Source: Rhizobium sp. Q54 (GTDB lineage: Bacteria > Pseudomonadota > Alphaproteobacteria > UBA7879 > VGCX01). Taken from it: a stretch of 64,000 nt of DNA. The DNA lies in assembly GCA_945870825.1 (NCBI GenBank), contig CAMBTM010000001.1, forward strand, positions 26,926-90,925, read 5' to 3'. The notes under the pieces were generated by a model. That model was not told the origin of the DNA. It saw only the letters and a program-made list of their open reading frames with translations, and did not search any database. The position numbers were made by a program, and so were the translations under genes. Numbering within the stretch: position 1 is the stretch's first letter; each line of letters begins with the position of its first letter. Below, piece after piece: positions 30,119 through 40,590 of the stretch.

Positions 30119-31498
30119 CTAGGACAACCGTCCCTCATCCATTCTTAAGATACGGTGACACAGAGCATGCAGGACATCTTGATTATGGCTAATGATGATA
30201 AAAGATGTGCCTTGAACTTGGTTAATAGTCCGCACAAGGGTGAGAAAATTTTCCAGCGATGATGGATCTAATGATGCTGTGGGTTCGTCCAGAATCAAAA
30301 GCTTTGGTCTTAGAACAAGAGAACGCGCCAAAGAAACCCGCTGGGCTTCACCCCCTGAAAGAGTCTGTGGATAATGAGACAAAAGGCAAGGACCCAACTG
30401 AACATCCCTCAAAACACGATTAACACGTTGTGTCCGTTCGTTTTTTGATAGATGGGGCTCATGGCACTTTAACCCTTCTTCTATAATATCGCTCACCGTC
30501 CACATTGGATTCAATGATGCTATAGGGTTTTGAAAGATCATTTGCATATTCTTGCGCTGGCGGCAAAGTGCTTTGAGAGAAAGTTTCCTTAAGTCCTGGC
30601 CTTCATAAAGCACATGGCCTGTCATGGGGATCAAGTGCAAAAGAGCCTTGGCAAGGGTTGTTTTCCCAGCGCCGTTCTTTCCCTGAATTCCTAAAATTTC
30701 TCCCCGATAAAGGATGAGTTCAACTCCCTTCACCACTGCATGGCGGGTATCAACATGGACATGAATATCGTTTGCCTCCAAAAGCGGAATCAAAGGTTTT
30801 GCAAGGGGTTTGGGGGGTGTCCCCATTGTTTTCTGGGGCCGGACAAAAGAATGGATTATCCCATTGTCCAAAGTCACAATCCGGTCAGCAATACTTTCCA
30901 AAAGATCAACATCATGACTGATGAGAAGGATTCCCATCCCAAATTTTTTCTGCAGATTCTTTAGTAAACCCACAATTTCACCTTGCACAGCATTATCAAG
31001 AGCCGTTGTAGGTTCATCAGCAATAATAAAGGGAGGATCATTTGCAATTGCAATCGCAATCATCACCCGTTGGGCTTCTCCTCCTGACAACTGGAAGGGA
31101 TAAGCCTTTAAAAACCGTTGGGCAGACAGATGAACGCATCTGAGAAGTTCTTCAACTCGGATTAAAGCTTCTTTTTTAGAAATTGTTTGATGGTTCAAAA
31201 TGCTTTCTAAAAGATGGTCCCCCACTGTTTGCAGAGGATCCAGTGCCAAAGTCGGATCTTGAAAAATGAATCCTACATCACGCCCCAAAACCCTTTTGAA
31301 TAAAACATCCCCTTCCATGTGGAAAGAATCTTTATGGTCCAAAAGGCCCAACATACTAAGGGCCAAGGTTGTTTTTCCAGCGCCATTAGCCCCTTGAAGA
31401 CCAACGATCTCGCCCTTTTTCATAGAAAAATTCCCGTTTGATAAAAGAATCTTGTCTTTCAACGTAATCGTTAGATTCTCAAAACTTAAAAGGGTCAT
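30119..31498 (-). CDS. yejF: Peptide/microcin-C ABC transporter, duplicated ATP-binding protein
   Basis: Two ABC ATPase domains, each with Walker A and the LSGGEAQR signature. ATGA start/stop overlap with yejE at 31495-31498. Confidence 0.8.
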   Translation of the reverse strand: MTLLSFENLTITLKDKILLSNGNFSMKKGEIVGLQGANGAGKTTLALSMLGLLDHKDSFHMEGDVLFKRVLGRDVGFIFQDPTLALDPLQTVGDHLLESILNHQTISKKEALIRVEELLRCVHLSAQRFLKAYPFQLSGGEAQRVMIAIAIANDPPFIIADEPTTALDNAVQGEIVGLLKNLQKKFGMGILLISHDVDLLESIADRIVTLDNGIIHSFVRPQKTMGTPPKPLAKPLIPLLEANDIHVHVDTRHAVVKGVELILYRGEILGIQGKNGAGKTTLAKALLHLIPMTGHVLYEGQDLRKLSLKALCRQRKNMQMIFQNPIASLNPMWTVSDIIEEGLKCHEPHLSKNERTQRVNRVLRDVQLGPCLLSHYPQTLSGGEAQRVSLARSLVLRPKLLILDEPTASLDPSSLENFLTLVRTINQVQGTSFIIISHNQDVLHALCHRILRMDEGRLS

Positions 31499-32490
31499 TG
31501 CATCCCTTTCTCTATCAACATTTTTTGTAATGTTTCCCCCAAAGACACCAACACCGTCAATAAAAGCATCACTCCCCCCAAACCGCCAAGAACAATCCAT
31601 GGAGCATAAAGATGCTGTTTTCCTTGAATCAAAAGACCTCCTAGTGACAGCATGGATGATGGAAGAGAAAACCCAAAAAACTCAAGAGTGGTCAAGACTG
31701 ACACGGTGCTGACCATCATGAATGGAAGGCGCGCAAGAGGGTAAATAATAATTGTTGGCAAAATATGATGCAGAATAATGGTCCAAGGCTTTTGTCCCAT
31801 CATCCGGGCAGACTCAACAAAAGGTAAGGTCCGCCCTCGAAGAAATAATGGGCGAACAACTGGCACAAGTGTTCGCCATTTTAAAAAAACAAGGGAAAAA
31901 AATAGTGTGATGATATTAAAAGAAAGCAAAGATCCAATCACCATCATCAAAAAAAGAACCGGGATACTGAACCAAATTTCCACAATCCGTTGCAACACAA
32001 GGTCACACCACCCCCCCCTATAGCCTTGGAGTGCCCCTATAAAAAAGCCAATAACCGCACTCAAAAGCGTCACAGAGAACCCAAAGAAAAAGGAAAACCG
32101 TAAGGCGTAAAGAACCCGTGCTAAAACGTCACGACCTTGTTCATCCGTCCCAAGCCAGTGTTTCAAAGAAGGTTTTTGGGGTCCTGACCTGTGCAAGCCA
32201 TAGTCTACAGTCAGTGGGCCATAAGGAATAGGCGGCCACAGAGTCCAGAATTCTTCTTCAAGGCGTTCATCGTTAAAATCCGCTTGAATCAGTGAAGATC
32301 CCCCCATGTCTTGTTCACAGTAATAAAAAAAGATGGGGAAAAAAACCTTCCCTTGACGAACCATACACAAAGGATTGTGATTAGCAATCAAAGGCAGACA
32401 AAGCAATAGAAGGCTTAATCCTAAAAAAATCTTCAAAGACCAAGTTTTAGTCATACTGGCGTCCTCCCTTAAAATGAAGACGCGGATCAA
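31495..32490 (-). CDS. yejE: ABC transporter permease (YejE-like)
   Basis: Multi-TM BPD_transp_1-type permease in yejABEF order. Confidence 0.75.
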   Translation of the reverse strand: MIRVFILREDASMTKTWSLKIFLGLSLLLLCLPLIANHNPLCMVRQGKVFFPIFFYYCEQDMGGSSLIQADFNDERLEEEFWTLWPPIPYGPLTVDYGLHRSGPQKPSLKHWLGTDEQGRDVLARVLYALRFSFFFGFSVTLLSAVIGFFIGALQGYRGGWCDLVLQRIVEIWFSIPVLFLMMVIGSLLSFNIITLFFSLVFLKWRTLVPVVRPLFLRGRTLPFVESARMMGQKPWTIILHHILPTIIIYPLARLPFMMVSTVSVLTTLEFFGFSLPSSMLSLGGLLIQGKQHLYAPWIVLGGLGGVMLLLTVLVSLGETLQKMLIEKGMQ

Positions 32491-33478
32491 AAAAAGTCAT
32501 GGCAATATCAACCAAAAGCTGCACCACAAGCCCTATCAAGATAAAGATAAAAAGCGTTCCAAAAACGACAGGATAGTCCCTTTTTAAAATAGCCTGAAAG
32601 ACTAAAAATCCCATACCATTCAAAGAAAACACCAACTCAACCACCAGCGTATTCATGAAAAAAATACGGGTAAACGACTGAGGAATATGGGCGATGATAA
32701 GAACCACAATATGTTTAAGGGCATGTCCATAAAGTGCTTGATGGGAAGTCCCCCCTCGGGCATAAACGCCTTGGATATAGGGTTTTTTCAGTTCAGCTTG
32801 GAGGGCATTTTTGATAAAAAAAGTAAAACTGCCAATACTACCAAGAACGATCGTTAAAAGAGGCAAAACAAGGTGATGAAGGGAATCCAGAATTTTGTGA
32901 GACCACGACAATTGATCCCAATAATGCGAAATTAATCCTTGCAAGGGAAACCAATCCACATAAGTTCCTCCTGCAAAAACAATAATGAGAATAACCCCCA
33001 ATAAAAAATGAGGGGTGGCGTAGAAAAATGTGAGAACTAGCGCACTGAATCGGTCGACAAAAGACCCGTCATGGGTTGCTTTAAAAATGCCAAGAAAGAC
33101 CGCAATAAGATAAGAAATAACCATCCCCAAAAGACCCAATGACAGGGAAACAAGAAGAGATTCTTTGATTAAGGTGATAACCGTTTTATCTTGGAAATAG
33201 CTTTTGCCAAAGTCAAAGAACATGTACCGACAAGTCATGGTCGTAAACTGCTTCCACAAAGGTTCCTCTAATACATCGATAGAAACAGTGGGTGGAGAGG
33301 CAAGGAAGTTATTGGTGGTATTCACATGCCCTTCTTGAAAGGGACTGCCATAGACCTTCCCAGCACTATAATCATCAGGACTCCCCGGCAAAAGCTTGAA
33401 AAGTAAAAAATTGAAAAGAAGAGCCCCCACAATCGTCGGGATCATGAACAGCAGTCGCTTTAACCCATAAAATAACAA
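32447..33478 (-). CDS. yejB: ABC transporter permease (YejB-like)
   Basis: Multi-TM permease. Start/stop overlap with neighbouring genes. Confidence 0.75.
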   Translation of the reverse strand: MLFYGLKRLLFMIPTIVGALLFNFLLFKLLPGSPDDYSAGKVYGSPFQEGHVNTTNNFLASPPTVSIDVLEEPLWKQFTTMTCRYMFFDFGKSYFQDKTVITLIKESLLVSLSLGLLGMVISYLIAVFLGIFKATHDGSFVDRFSALVLTFFYATPHFLLGVILIIVFAGGTYVDWFPLQGLISHYWDQLSWSHKILDSLHHLVLPLLTIVLGSIGSFTFFIKNALQAELKKPYIQGVYARGGTSHQALYGHALKHIVVLIIAHIPQSFTRIFFMNTLVVELVFSLNGMGFLVFQAILKRDYPVVFGTLFIFILIGLVVQLLVDIAMTFFDPRLHFKGGRQYD

Positions 33479-33481
33479 AGT

Positions 33482-35263
33482 CTACCCCTTCATCCACCAG
33501 GCGTGGGGGTAGACAATATTCTCAGGAGCAGGCACAAAAGCAAACTTATTCCAATAGGCCACATGAATCAACGGTGGGCTCCACATGGGAATAATATAAT
33601 ACCCCCAGCTCAAGACACGGTCCAAAAGACCACTATAAAAACGCAGCTGCGCCCGTGTAGTGGCCCCTATAATTTTTTGTACTAAATCGTCCACAACAAG
33701 ATTCCTAACACCTGCCAGATTGAAGCTCCCAGGCAAAGAAGCCGCTTGGCTTCCCCACATGTTTTCTTGTTCTAATCCGGGAACGTGGAACGAAGGCATG
33801 AAGTAAAGAACTGCATCATAATCAAAATTTTTAACCCGTGACATAAAGGCCGTCGGATCCATAGACTGGGCATGAACCTCAATCCCAAAACGTTTCAGGG
33901 TTGAGAAATATTCTTGATACTGTTTTTCATAAACGGGATTTGAAAATAAGAATTGGAGATGGAAAGGCCCCATGACCGGATGGGTCAAAACCCCTTTTTT
34001 AATCCGCCACCCAGCTGATTCCAAAAGCATTAAGGCCTCTTCAAAGTGGCAACGCATAATGCCCCCTTGTGAATTCATCGCAGGGGTAAATTCCAAGACA
34101 GAGGCCTCGGGGGGATAAAGATCCGTTTCATAATTCTTAAGGTACGCTTTCTCTTGGGTAGATGGCACCCCCTCTGCCCCAAAGCCTGTATCCATATAAA
34201 TACTTTTGTTGCGTCGATAGTGTTCGAAAAAGACCGTATGATTCAGCCACTCAAAATTAAAGAGCAGATTCAAGGCTTTGCGCACACGCCGGTCTTGCAG
34301 ATGGGGTTTGCGGGTATTTAAAAAGATCGCATTTAATCCATGGGGATAAGGTTTTTTCACATCTTTTTTAACGACCTTCCCAAGGGTTATCGCTGGAAAA
34401 TTATAGTTATTAAGCCACCGGGCGATGCCCCATTCCCAGTTATAGTCCACAAGATTTCGCGCTAACGCTGCAACAATTGCGTCTTTATTTTTAAAATACC
34501 TAACCATGACTTTGTCGAAATTATATTGTCCCCGCGCAGAAGACAGAGCCCGACCCCACCAATGTCTCACCCGCTTGTACGTAATAAACTCACCCGCCCT
34601 GAAGGAATCAATTTCATAAGGACCACTGCCTAAAGGTGGCACCAAACTTGTTTCTTGGAAAGGATAGGATTTGTAAAAAGCCTTGGACAAAATAGGTAGG
34701 CGCGCAATCAAAAAAGGTAAAAGGGTAGAGGGTTTTTTAAACGTAAACTTCACCCGGTATTGGTCCAAACGTGTCACCTGGGCAACATCTTTTAATCCTG
34801 TCGCATATTGAGGAGCCCCCTCTTTCTTTAAAAGATCCATGGTAAAGACAACATCTTTGGATGTCACAGGTGACCCGTCATGAAATACCGCACTTTTATT
34901 CAACGTAAAAATCACAGACATATTATCGGTTGCAATCTCAAGAGATTCAGCCAAATAGGGATAAGCCACCGTCGGATCATCCAACGCAACCGTCATGAGT
35001 GTGCCGTGCACCAGTTCAATTCCTTCTGGCGGCGTGCCTTTGAGAATATAGGGGTTGAACGTATCAAAATCAGACTGCCGTGCGGTTAAAATAATCCCCC
35101 CCCCTTTTGGAGCATTGGGATTCGCATAAGAAAAATGTTCAAAATCCTTTGGGTACTTAGGATTAAAAAAATCCCGGTGACTTACGTAATGCTGCTGTGC
35201 CACAGCCATAGATGCCGTTACAAAAAGAGAAACGCTCAACAAAATAGAATAGATTTTTTTCAT
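33482..35263 (-). CDS. yejA: Family-5 periplasmic substrate-binding protein (YejA-like)
   Basis: 593 aa with a signal peptide. Large SBP_bac_5 architecture upstream of its permeases. Confidence 0.75.
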   Translation of the reverse strand: MKKIYSILLSVSLFVTASMAVAQQHYVSHRDFFNPKYPKDFEHFSYANPNAPKGGGIILTARQSDFDTFNPYILKGTPPEGIELVHGTLMTVALDDPTVAYPYLAESLEIATDNMSVIFTLNKSAVFHDGSPVTSKDVVFTMDLLKKEGAPQYATGLKDVAQVTRLDQYRVKFTFKKPSTLLPFLIARLPILSKAFYKSYPFQETSLVPPLGSGPYEIDSFRAGEFITYKRVRHWWGRALSSARGQYNFDKVMVRYFKNKDAIVAALARNLVDYNWEWGIARWLNNYNFPAITLGKVVKKDVKKPYPHGLNAIFLNTRKPHLQDRRVRKALNLLFNFEWLNHTVFFEHYRRNKSIYMDTGFGAEGVPSTQEKAYLKNYETDLYPPEASVLEFTPAMNSQGGIMRCHFEEALMLLESAGWRIKKGVLTHPVMGPFHLQFLFSNPVYEKQYQEYFSTLKRFGIEVHAQSMDPTAFMSRVKNFDYDAVLYFMPSFHVPGLEQENMWGSQAASLPGSFNLAGVRNLVVDDLVQKIIGATTRAQLRFYSGLLDRVLSWGYYIIPMWSPPLIHVAYWNKFAFVPAPENIVYPHAWWMKG

Positions 35264-35344
35264 ATATGACCCCTTTAGGGTTTAAATCAGGCCCCTAAAT
35301 ATGATATGTATACGCCAGAAATGCAACAACAAGGTGAACCATCT

Positions 35345-36082
35345 ATGAACCCCATTATTATGATCCCAGCCCGTCTCAATTCCGTCCGGCTTCCCAAAAA
35401 AGTCTTAGCTGATATTCACGGCACACCCATGATTTGCCGCGTTGCAGAACTGGCGACGCAATCACATGTGGGCCCTGTGTATGTGGCCTGCTCAGAAGTT
35501 GAGGTCAAAGAAATGGTTGAATCTATGGGGTATCAAGCTGTGATGACAGACCCGAACCTTCCTTCCGGAACGGACCGGATTTTTGAAGCGGTTCAAAAAG
35601 TGGATCCCACCAAAAAATTTGATGTGGTTATTAATGTTCAAGGCGATTTGCCGAATTTTGACCCCCTTATTTTAAAAGACCTTTTGGTCCCTTTTGAGAC
35701 AAATCCAGCCTACCAGATCTCAACACTTTGTTTTAAAATTACCAACGATGATGATTTAACGAACCCTAATGTGGTGAAAGCCATCCTCAGCAAAAAGACC
35801 GACGCCATTGCTGAATCTCTTTATTTCACCCGCGCAACCCCACCTGCATCTCACCGAGAGGGAACATTCTATCATCATGTGGGAATTTACGCCTATAGAC
35901 GTGCGGCCTTGGATCGCTTCGTCACCCTTCCCCCCTCCCCCCTTGAAAAGCAAGAGAAGTTGGAACAACTTCGGGCCTTGGAAGACGGCATGCGCATCGG
36001 CGCTGCCTTGATCCACAGCCACCCCATAAGTGTCGATACCGTGGATGATTTGGAAAGAGTGAGGGACGCTATTGGGGGATGA
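35345..36082 (+). CDS. kdsB: 3-deoxy-manno-octulosonate cytidylyltransferase (CMP-Kdo synthetase)
   Basis: N-terminus IIMIPARLNSVRLPKKVLADIHGTPMI. Confidence 0.85.
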   Translation: MNPIIMIPARLNSVRLPKKVLADIHGTPMICRVAELATQSHVGPVYVACSEVEVKEMVESMGYQAVMTDPNLPSGTDRIFEAVQKVDPTKKFDVVINVQGDLPNFDPLILKDLLVPFETNPAYQISTLCFKITNDDDLTNPNVVKAILSKKTDAIAESLYFTRATPPASHREGTFYHHVGIYAYRRAALDRFVTLPPSPLEKQEKLEQLRALEDGMRIGAALIHSHPISVDTVDDLERVRDAIGG

Positions 36083-36168
36083 AAGCCTACGGGGTCTTTA
36101 GACACCTCTTCCAGGTATGCTGCTCAAAACTGCACAAATTTGTGCAGTATACCAACCAAGATTGAACA

Positions 36169-37548
36169 CTATGTCCTGTCGTAAAAAAGATTCTCAGCGG
36201 CAAGGATAGCCTGCATACCCTCTTTAAGGACCGTCAACCCCTCCTCTGACAACGCTTCAGCGCGCGCGATAAGGACAGCCTCTGTATTGGAGGCCCGAAG
36301 CAACCACCAACCCTCGTCAGTTTCAACACGGACGCCGTCAATGGTAATAAGACCAGGACGCCCCTTAAGCCGCTCAAGAATCCTATCCATCACATGGAAT
36401 TTTTCTGCGTCATCGCAAGGGATGCGCATCTCCCCTGTTTTATAGATAACGGGAAGACCCTGAAGAAGTTCCGTCACTGTCTTTTTTTCAAGACTTAAAA
36501 TACTCAGCAACCGCACAGCGGCGTACAGAGCATCATCATACCCATAATAATCATCCGCAAAAAACATATGGCCGCTGAGTTCACCTGCAAGCAGGGCCCC
36601 GGTTTCTTTCATCATGGATTTGATGGACGAATGGCCTGTGGGTGAAAGACGGGGATCTCCCCCGTGGGACTGAAGGTCCCTCACGATAAAAGAACTGGTC
36701 TTGATATCAAGCAAAAGGGTTGAACCCGGATGCCGCTTTAAAAGGTCCCGACCATAAATCACCATCAACTCATCGCCGTAAATCATCCGACCACTTTCAG
36801 CAATGATGCCAATTCTGTCCCCATCACCGTCAAACCCAATCCCAACATGGGCCTGATACTGTTGAACGGCTGCCTTCAAATCATCCATATTACATTCAAC
36901 CGTCGGGTCTGGATGATGGTTCGGGAACGTCCCATCCACCTGGTCGTGGAGCACATAGTGTGTGCCTGGTAATGCCGCGACAAGCTGATGAATAAGATGA
37001 CCAACAACCCCATTGCCACAATCCCATACCACCTTAAGATTGGGATCAATGACAATCTTATCCGTCATCCGTTTGATATAAGCCGCTTGTATATCACGGG
37101 TTGAAACCGTCCCGGTTTTTAGAAAATCATCTGGTTGAAATGCCGCAAGTTGGTGGTGAAATTCTTGGATTTCTTCACCCCAAATAGGACGACTATCCAG
37201 CATCATCTTCAGTCCATTATACCGTTCATCATTATGGGACCCAGTAATCATAGCGCCCCCACCAATATCATGTTGTGATTTTACAGCATAGTAAAGCAAG
37301 GGCGTGGGCCCCATACCAACCTTCACCACATGGATACCTACAGACGTGATCCCGGCAATTAAGGCTTCTTCAAAGTCAAGGGAACTCAATCGGCCATCGC
37401 GACAGACAGCCACGGCCTCTACCCCATTTTGCCTGGCTAAAACCCCAAAACATTGCCCTGCTGCGTGAAAATCCTCGGCCGTGAGGGTCTCATCCACCAA
37501 CCCGCGAATATCGTATTTCCTCAGAATGCTTGGATGAAATTGATGCAT
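36169..37548 (-). CDS. Phosphomannomutase/phosphoglucomutase
   Basis: Active-site loop TGSHND and a four-domain PGM/PMM layout. Confidence 0.8.
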   Translation of the reverse strand: MHQFHPSILRKYDIRGLVDETLTAEDFHAAGQCFGVLARQNGVEAVAVCRDGRLSSLDFEEALIAGITSVGIHVVKVGMGPTPLLYYAVKSQHDIGGGAMITGSHNDERYNGLKMMLDSRPIWGEEIQEFHHQLAAFQPDDFLKTGTVSTRDIQAAYIKRMTDKIVIDPNLKVVWDCGNGVVGHLIHQLVAALPGTHYVLHDQVDGTFPNHHPDPTVECNMDDLKAAVQQYQAHVGIGFDGDGDRIGIIAESGRMIYGDELMVIYGRDLLKRHPGSTLLLDIKTSSFIVRDLQSHGGDPRLSPTGHSSIKSMMKETGALLAGELSGHMFFADDYYGYDDALYAAVRLLSILSLEKKTVTELLQGLPVIYKTGEMRIPCDDAEKFHVMDRILERLKGRPGLITIDGVRVETDEGWWLLRASNTEAVLIARAEALSEEGLTVLKEGMQAILAAENLFYDRT

Positions 37549-37551
37549 GAA

Positions 37552-38862
37552 TTAAACTGTTGGCCGGCCTAAGGAAACATAACGAATACCAGTCGTTTTC
37601 ATTTCTGACAGTTTGTAGATATTCCGCATATCAATAAGAAGAGGCTCGTTCACCCGCTCTTTAAACTTATCCCAGTTGATGGACCGAAATTCGTTCCATT
37701 CCGTCAAAATCACTGTGCAATCTGCATCATCAAGTAAATCATAGGCGTTGTCAGACCACGCAATCCCCTGCAACATCGTCTTGGCATGATCCATACTTTC
37801 TGGATCATAGGCCGCAACGCGCGCGCCTGCTTTTTGAAGCAACGGAATAATCGTCAAACTGGGTGCATCTCGCATATCATCCGTATTGGGTTTAAAGGCC
37901 AGTCCTAGGATGGCAATCTTCTTACCCTTCACCGATCCCCCACAGGCTTCAATAATCTTATGGGCCATGGCCGCCTTGCGTTCCTCGTTATAGGTCACAA
38001 CCGCGTCCACAATGGATGTTGGGGTCCCGTATTGTTTGGCTGTTTGGGCCAAAGCCAGGGTGTCTTTGGGGAAACACGATCCCCCATACCCAGGACCTGT
38101 ATGGAGAAACTTATTGCCGATCCGTTGGTCTAGCCCAACGCCTTTTGCCACATCACTGATATCAGCCCCACACTTTTCACAAAGATCGGCCATTTGATTG
38201 ATGAAAGAAATTTTAATGGCCAAAAAACTGTTGGATGCATATTTGATCAGTTCCGCACATTCGGGCGTTGTAAAAATCATGGGCGTTTCCAAAAGGTACA
38301 AAGGCCGGTAAAGCTTTTGCATCACCTCTTCTGCACGTTTAGTGCGTGCGCCAACGACGACCCGATTGGGACGCATGAAGTCTTCGATGGCGGATCCTTC
38401 CCGTAAAAATTCAGGGTTGGATACTACGTCAAAGTCAGCCGTTGGATTTTCTTGTCGCATAAGTTCTGCAACCCGGCGGTTGGTATCAACAGGCACCGTC
38501 GACTTTGTAACGATCACTGTATAGTCCTTAATAGACCTTGCAATTTCCTTGGCCGCTTCAAATACATACGTCAAATCTGCATGGCCATCATCTTCTTTGG
38601 GCGGCGTTCCAACCGCAATAAAAATGACTTGGGAATTTTGAACAGACTGATGTAAATCGGTTGTGAAAGAAAGGCGCCCTGCCCCCACATTTTTTTGAAT
38701 TAACAAATCAAGACCTGGTTCAAAAATAGGAACTTCGCCGCGGTTCAGCATGGCAATTTTGTCGAGATTCTTGTCTACACAAAACACCTCAAACCCAAAC
38801 TCAGAAAAACAAGTGCCCGATACCAGTCCTACATATCCTGTTCCAACAACAGCAATCTTCAT
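37552..38862 (-). CDS. ugd: UDP-glucose 6-dehydrogenase
   Basis: Rossmann N-terminus KIAVVGTGYVGLVSG and catalytic GGSCFPKD. Confidence 0.85.
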   Translation of the reverse strand: MKIAVVGTGYVGLVSGTCFSEFGFEVFCVDKNLDKIAMLNRGEVPIFEPGLDLLIQKNVGAGRLSFTTDLHQSVQNSQVIFIAVGTPPKEDDGHADLTYVFEAAKEIARSIKDYTVIVTKSTVPVDTNRRVAELMRQENPTADFDVVSNPEFLREGSAIEDFMRPNRVVVGARTKRAEEVMQKLYRPLYLLETPMIFTTPECAELIKYASNSFLAIKISFINQMADLCEKCGADISDVAKGVGLDQRIGNKFLHTGPGYGGSCFPKDTLALAQTAKQYGTPTSIVDAVVTYNEERKAAMAHKIIEACGGSVKGKKIAILGLAFKPNTDDMRDAPSLTIIPLLQKAGARVAAYDPESMDHAKTMLQGIAWSDNAYDLLDDADCTVILTEWNEFRSINWDKFKERVNEPLLIDMRNIYKLSEMKTTGIRYVSLGRPTV

Positions 38863-38875
38863 AACGTAAAATCCT

Positions 38876-39754
38876 TTATAATTCTTTGGCTAATTTTCTC
38901 ATAATTTTTAAGGTGACCTCCCGAAGATCATCACGCTCTAGAGAGAATGCAATATTGGCCTGAAGAAGCCCTTCTCGGGTACCACAGTCAAACCGCTCTC
39001 CTTCAAACTGATATCCATGGAAAGGGTGGGTCGACAGCATCCGTTGGAACGCATCTGTAATCTGCACCTCACCCCCAGCGCCTTTGCGTTTCTTTTCCAG
39101 CTCTTCAAAAATATCAGGCGATAAAATATACCGACCTAAAATCGCAAGCGTTGAAGGTGCATCTTCCACGGTTGGTTTTTCCACCAACCCTTTGGCTTTA
39201 ACCAACGGATTATCCAATGCCCCTTCTATATCTAAAATCCCATACCCCGACGTTGCCTCTTTTGGCACATTAGTCACAGCGGCCATATTCCCGCCAACCG
39301 ATTCATAATGTGACATCATTTGTTTCAAACAGGGCACGTCCGATAAAATCAAGTCATCAGCAAGCAATACTGCAAAAGGTTCGTCATTTACCAAATGCCG
39401 GGCACACCAAATGGCATGACCCAACCCCAAGGGCTCTTGTTGACGGGTATAAACCACCTGACCTGGGTCCAACACAAGGGCGTTTACCAGATCGAGATCT
39501 TCCTTCTTTCCCCGCCTTTCCAACATGGCATTGAGTTCATAGGAATAGTCAAAAAAGTCCTCAATGGCTTCTTTCCCGCGACCTGTCACAAAAATGAATT
39601 CTTCAATCCCTGATTTTTTGGCCTCTTCCACAGCGTAATAAATCAGGGGTTTATCAATGACGGTCAGCATCTCTTTGGGCATGGATTTTGTTGCTGGTAA
39701 AAACCGTGTCCCAAGACCTGCTACAGGGAAGACTGCTTTTTTAATTTTGCGCAT
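38876..39754 (-). CDS. galU: UTP--glucose-1-phosphate uridylyltransferase
   Basis: KAVFPVAGLGTRFLPATK motif. Confidence 0.9.
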   Translation of the reverse strand: MRKIKKAVFPVAGLGTRFLPATKSMPKEMLTVIDKPLIYYAVEEAKKSGIEEFIFVTGRGKEAIEDFFDYSYELNAMLERRGKKEDLDLVNALVLDPGQVVYTRQQEPLGLGHAIWCARHLVNDEPFAVLLADDLILSDVPCLKQMMSHYESVGGNMAAVTNVPKEATSGYGILDIEGALDNPLVKAKGLVEKPTVEDAPSTLAILGRYILSPDIFEELEKKRKGAGGEVQITDAFQRMLSTHPFHGYQFEGERFDCGTREGLLQANIAFSLERDDLREVTLKIMRKLAKEL

Positions 39755-39857
39755 TAAACTCTCATTTTAACCTAAGAATTGGCAGTATAGGAGGATGGAT
39801 AATGGATTGCAAGGGGGGGGAAGAAAGAGCGTAGAGAACCTATACGATGGGTTTGTC

Positions 39858-40145
39858 CTATATCCCCCTATCAAGGGCATTTTCATAAACTTTGCTTTTA
39901 TCCCTTTTGCCAACGGCAATCACTTCAATTGTTAAACACTGATCTTCCACTTTATAAACAAGCCTATAAGGCGGTCTCATAATTTTAATTTTATAACAGT
40001 TGGGCATCCCCCTCAATTTATTTTTAGGGTTATGGGGATTGAGCAATATTTCCTGAATCTTTTTTTGAAATATCTCTTTCAAAGAAGGTGTTAAATTATT
40101 CCATTCCCTTTGAGCTGATTTTTTAAATCTTAGTGAGTAAATCAT
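39858..40145 (-). CDS. relE: RelE/ParE-family type II toxin
   Basis: 95 aa. Overlaps the upstream antitoxin gene. RelE-like C-terminus YRLVYKVEDQ. Confidence 0.75.
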   Translation of the reverse strand: MIYSLRFKKSAQREWNNLTPSLKEIFQKKIQEILLNPHNPKNKLRGMPNCYKIKIMRPPYRLVYKVEDQCLTIEVIAVGKRDKSKVYENALDRGI

Positions 40146-40380
40146 TTATATCAACAGGTATGGTTTCTTCGTTTTCTCTTTCTGTAACAATGGCTGCTAA
40201 TTGGAGGTCCTCTATCATTTCCATTAAATATTCAAATAATTTGAAAGGTACGCAATAAAAGACAGGTTCATTTCTATTCAAAATAGCAATCGGATTACCC
40301 TCAGCGTTATTAACAACTTCCATGGGGTTTTTCTTCAACTCCGTTATGCTTGCAACTGTATCAGCGTATAGGGTATGCAT
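40123..40380 (-). CDS. Phd/YefM-family antitoxin
   Basis: About 85 aa starting MHTLYADTVASITELKKNP. AGGAGA ribosome-binding site 9 nt upstream of the ATG at 40380. Overlaps relE. Confidence 0.7.
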   Translation of the reverse strand: MHTLYADTVASITELKKNPMEVVNNAEGNPIAILNRNEPVFYCVPFKLFEYLMEMIEDLQLAAIVTERENEETIPVDINDLLTKI

Positions 40381-40590
40381 GATTATTTCTCCTAATAAAC
40401 TATTAATAGCACCTTTAAAAGACCTATTCAAGAGTTTTTAACCACCCCACCAACCGGACATTTCTAAATTGCGTTGATCGTCATACAATTTTCTTGACAA
40501 CAATATCCCAAAAATAGTCCTATACCTTCAGATCGTAATTAATCTAAAAAAATCACTTAGTTTGGTACTTTGACCTCTTAACGAAACGCC

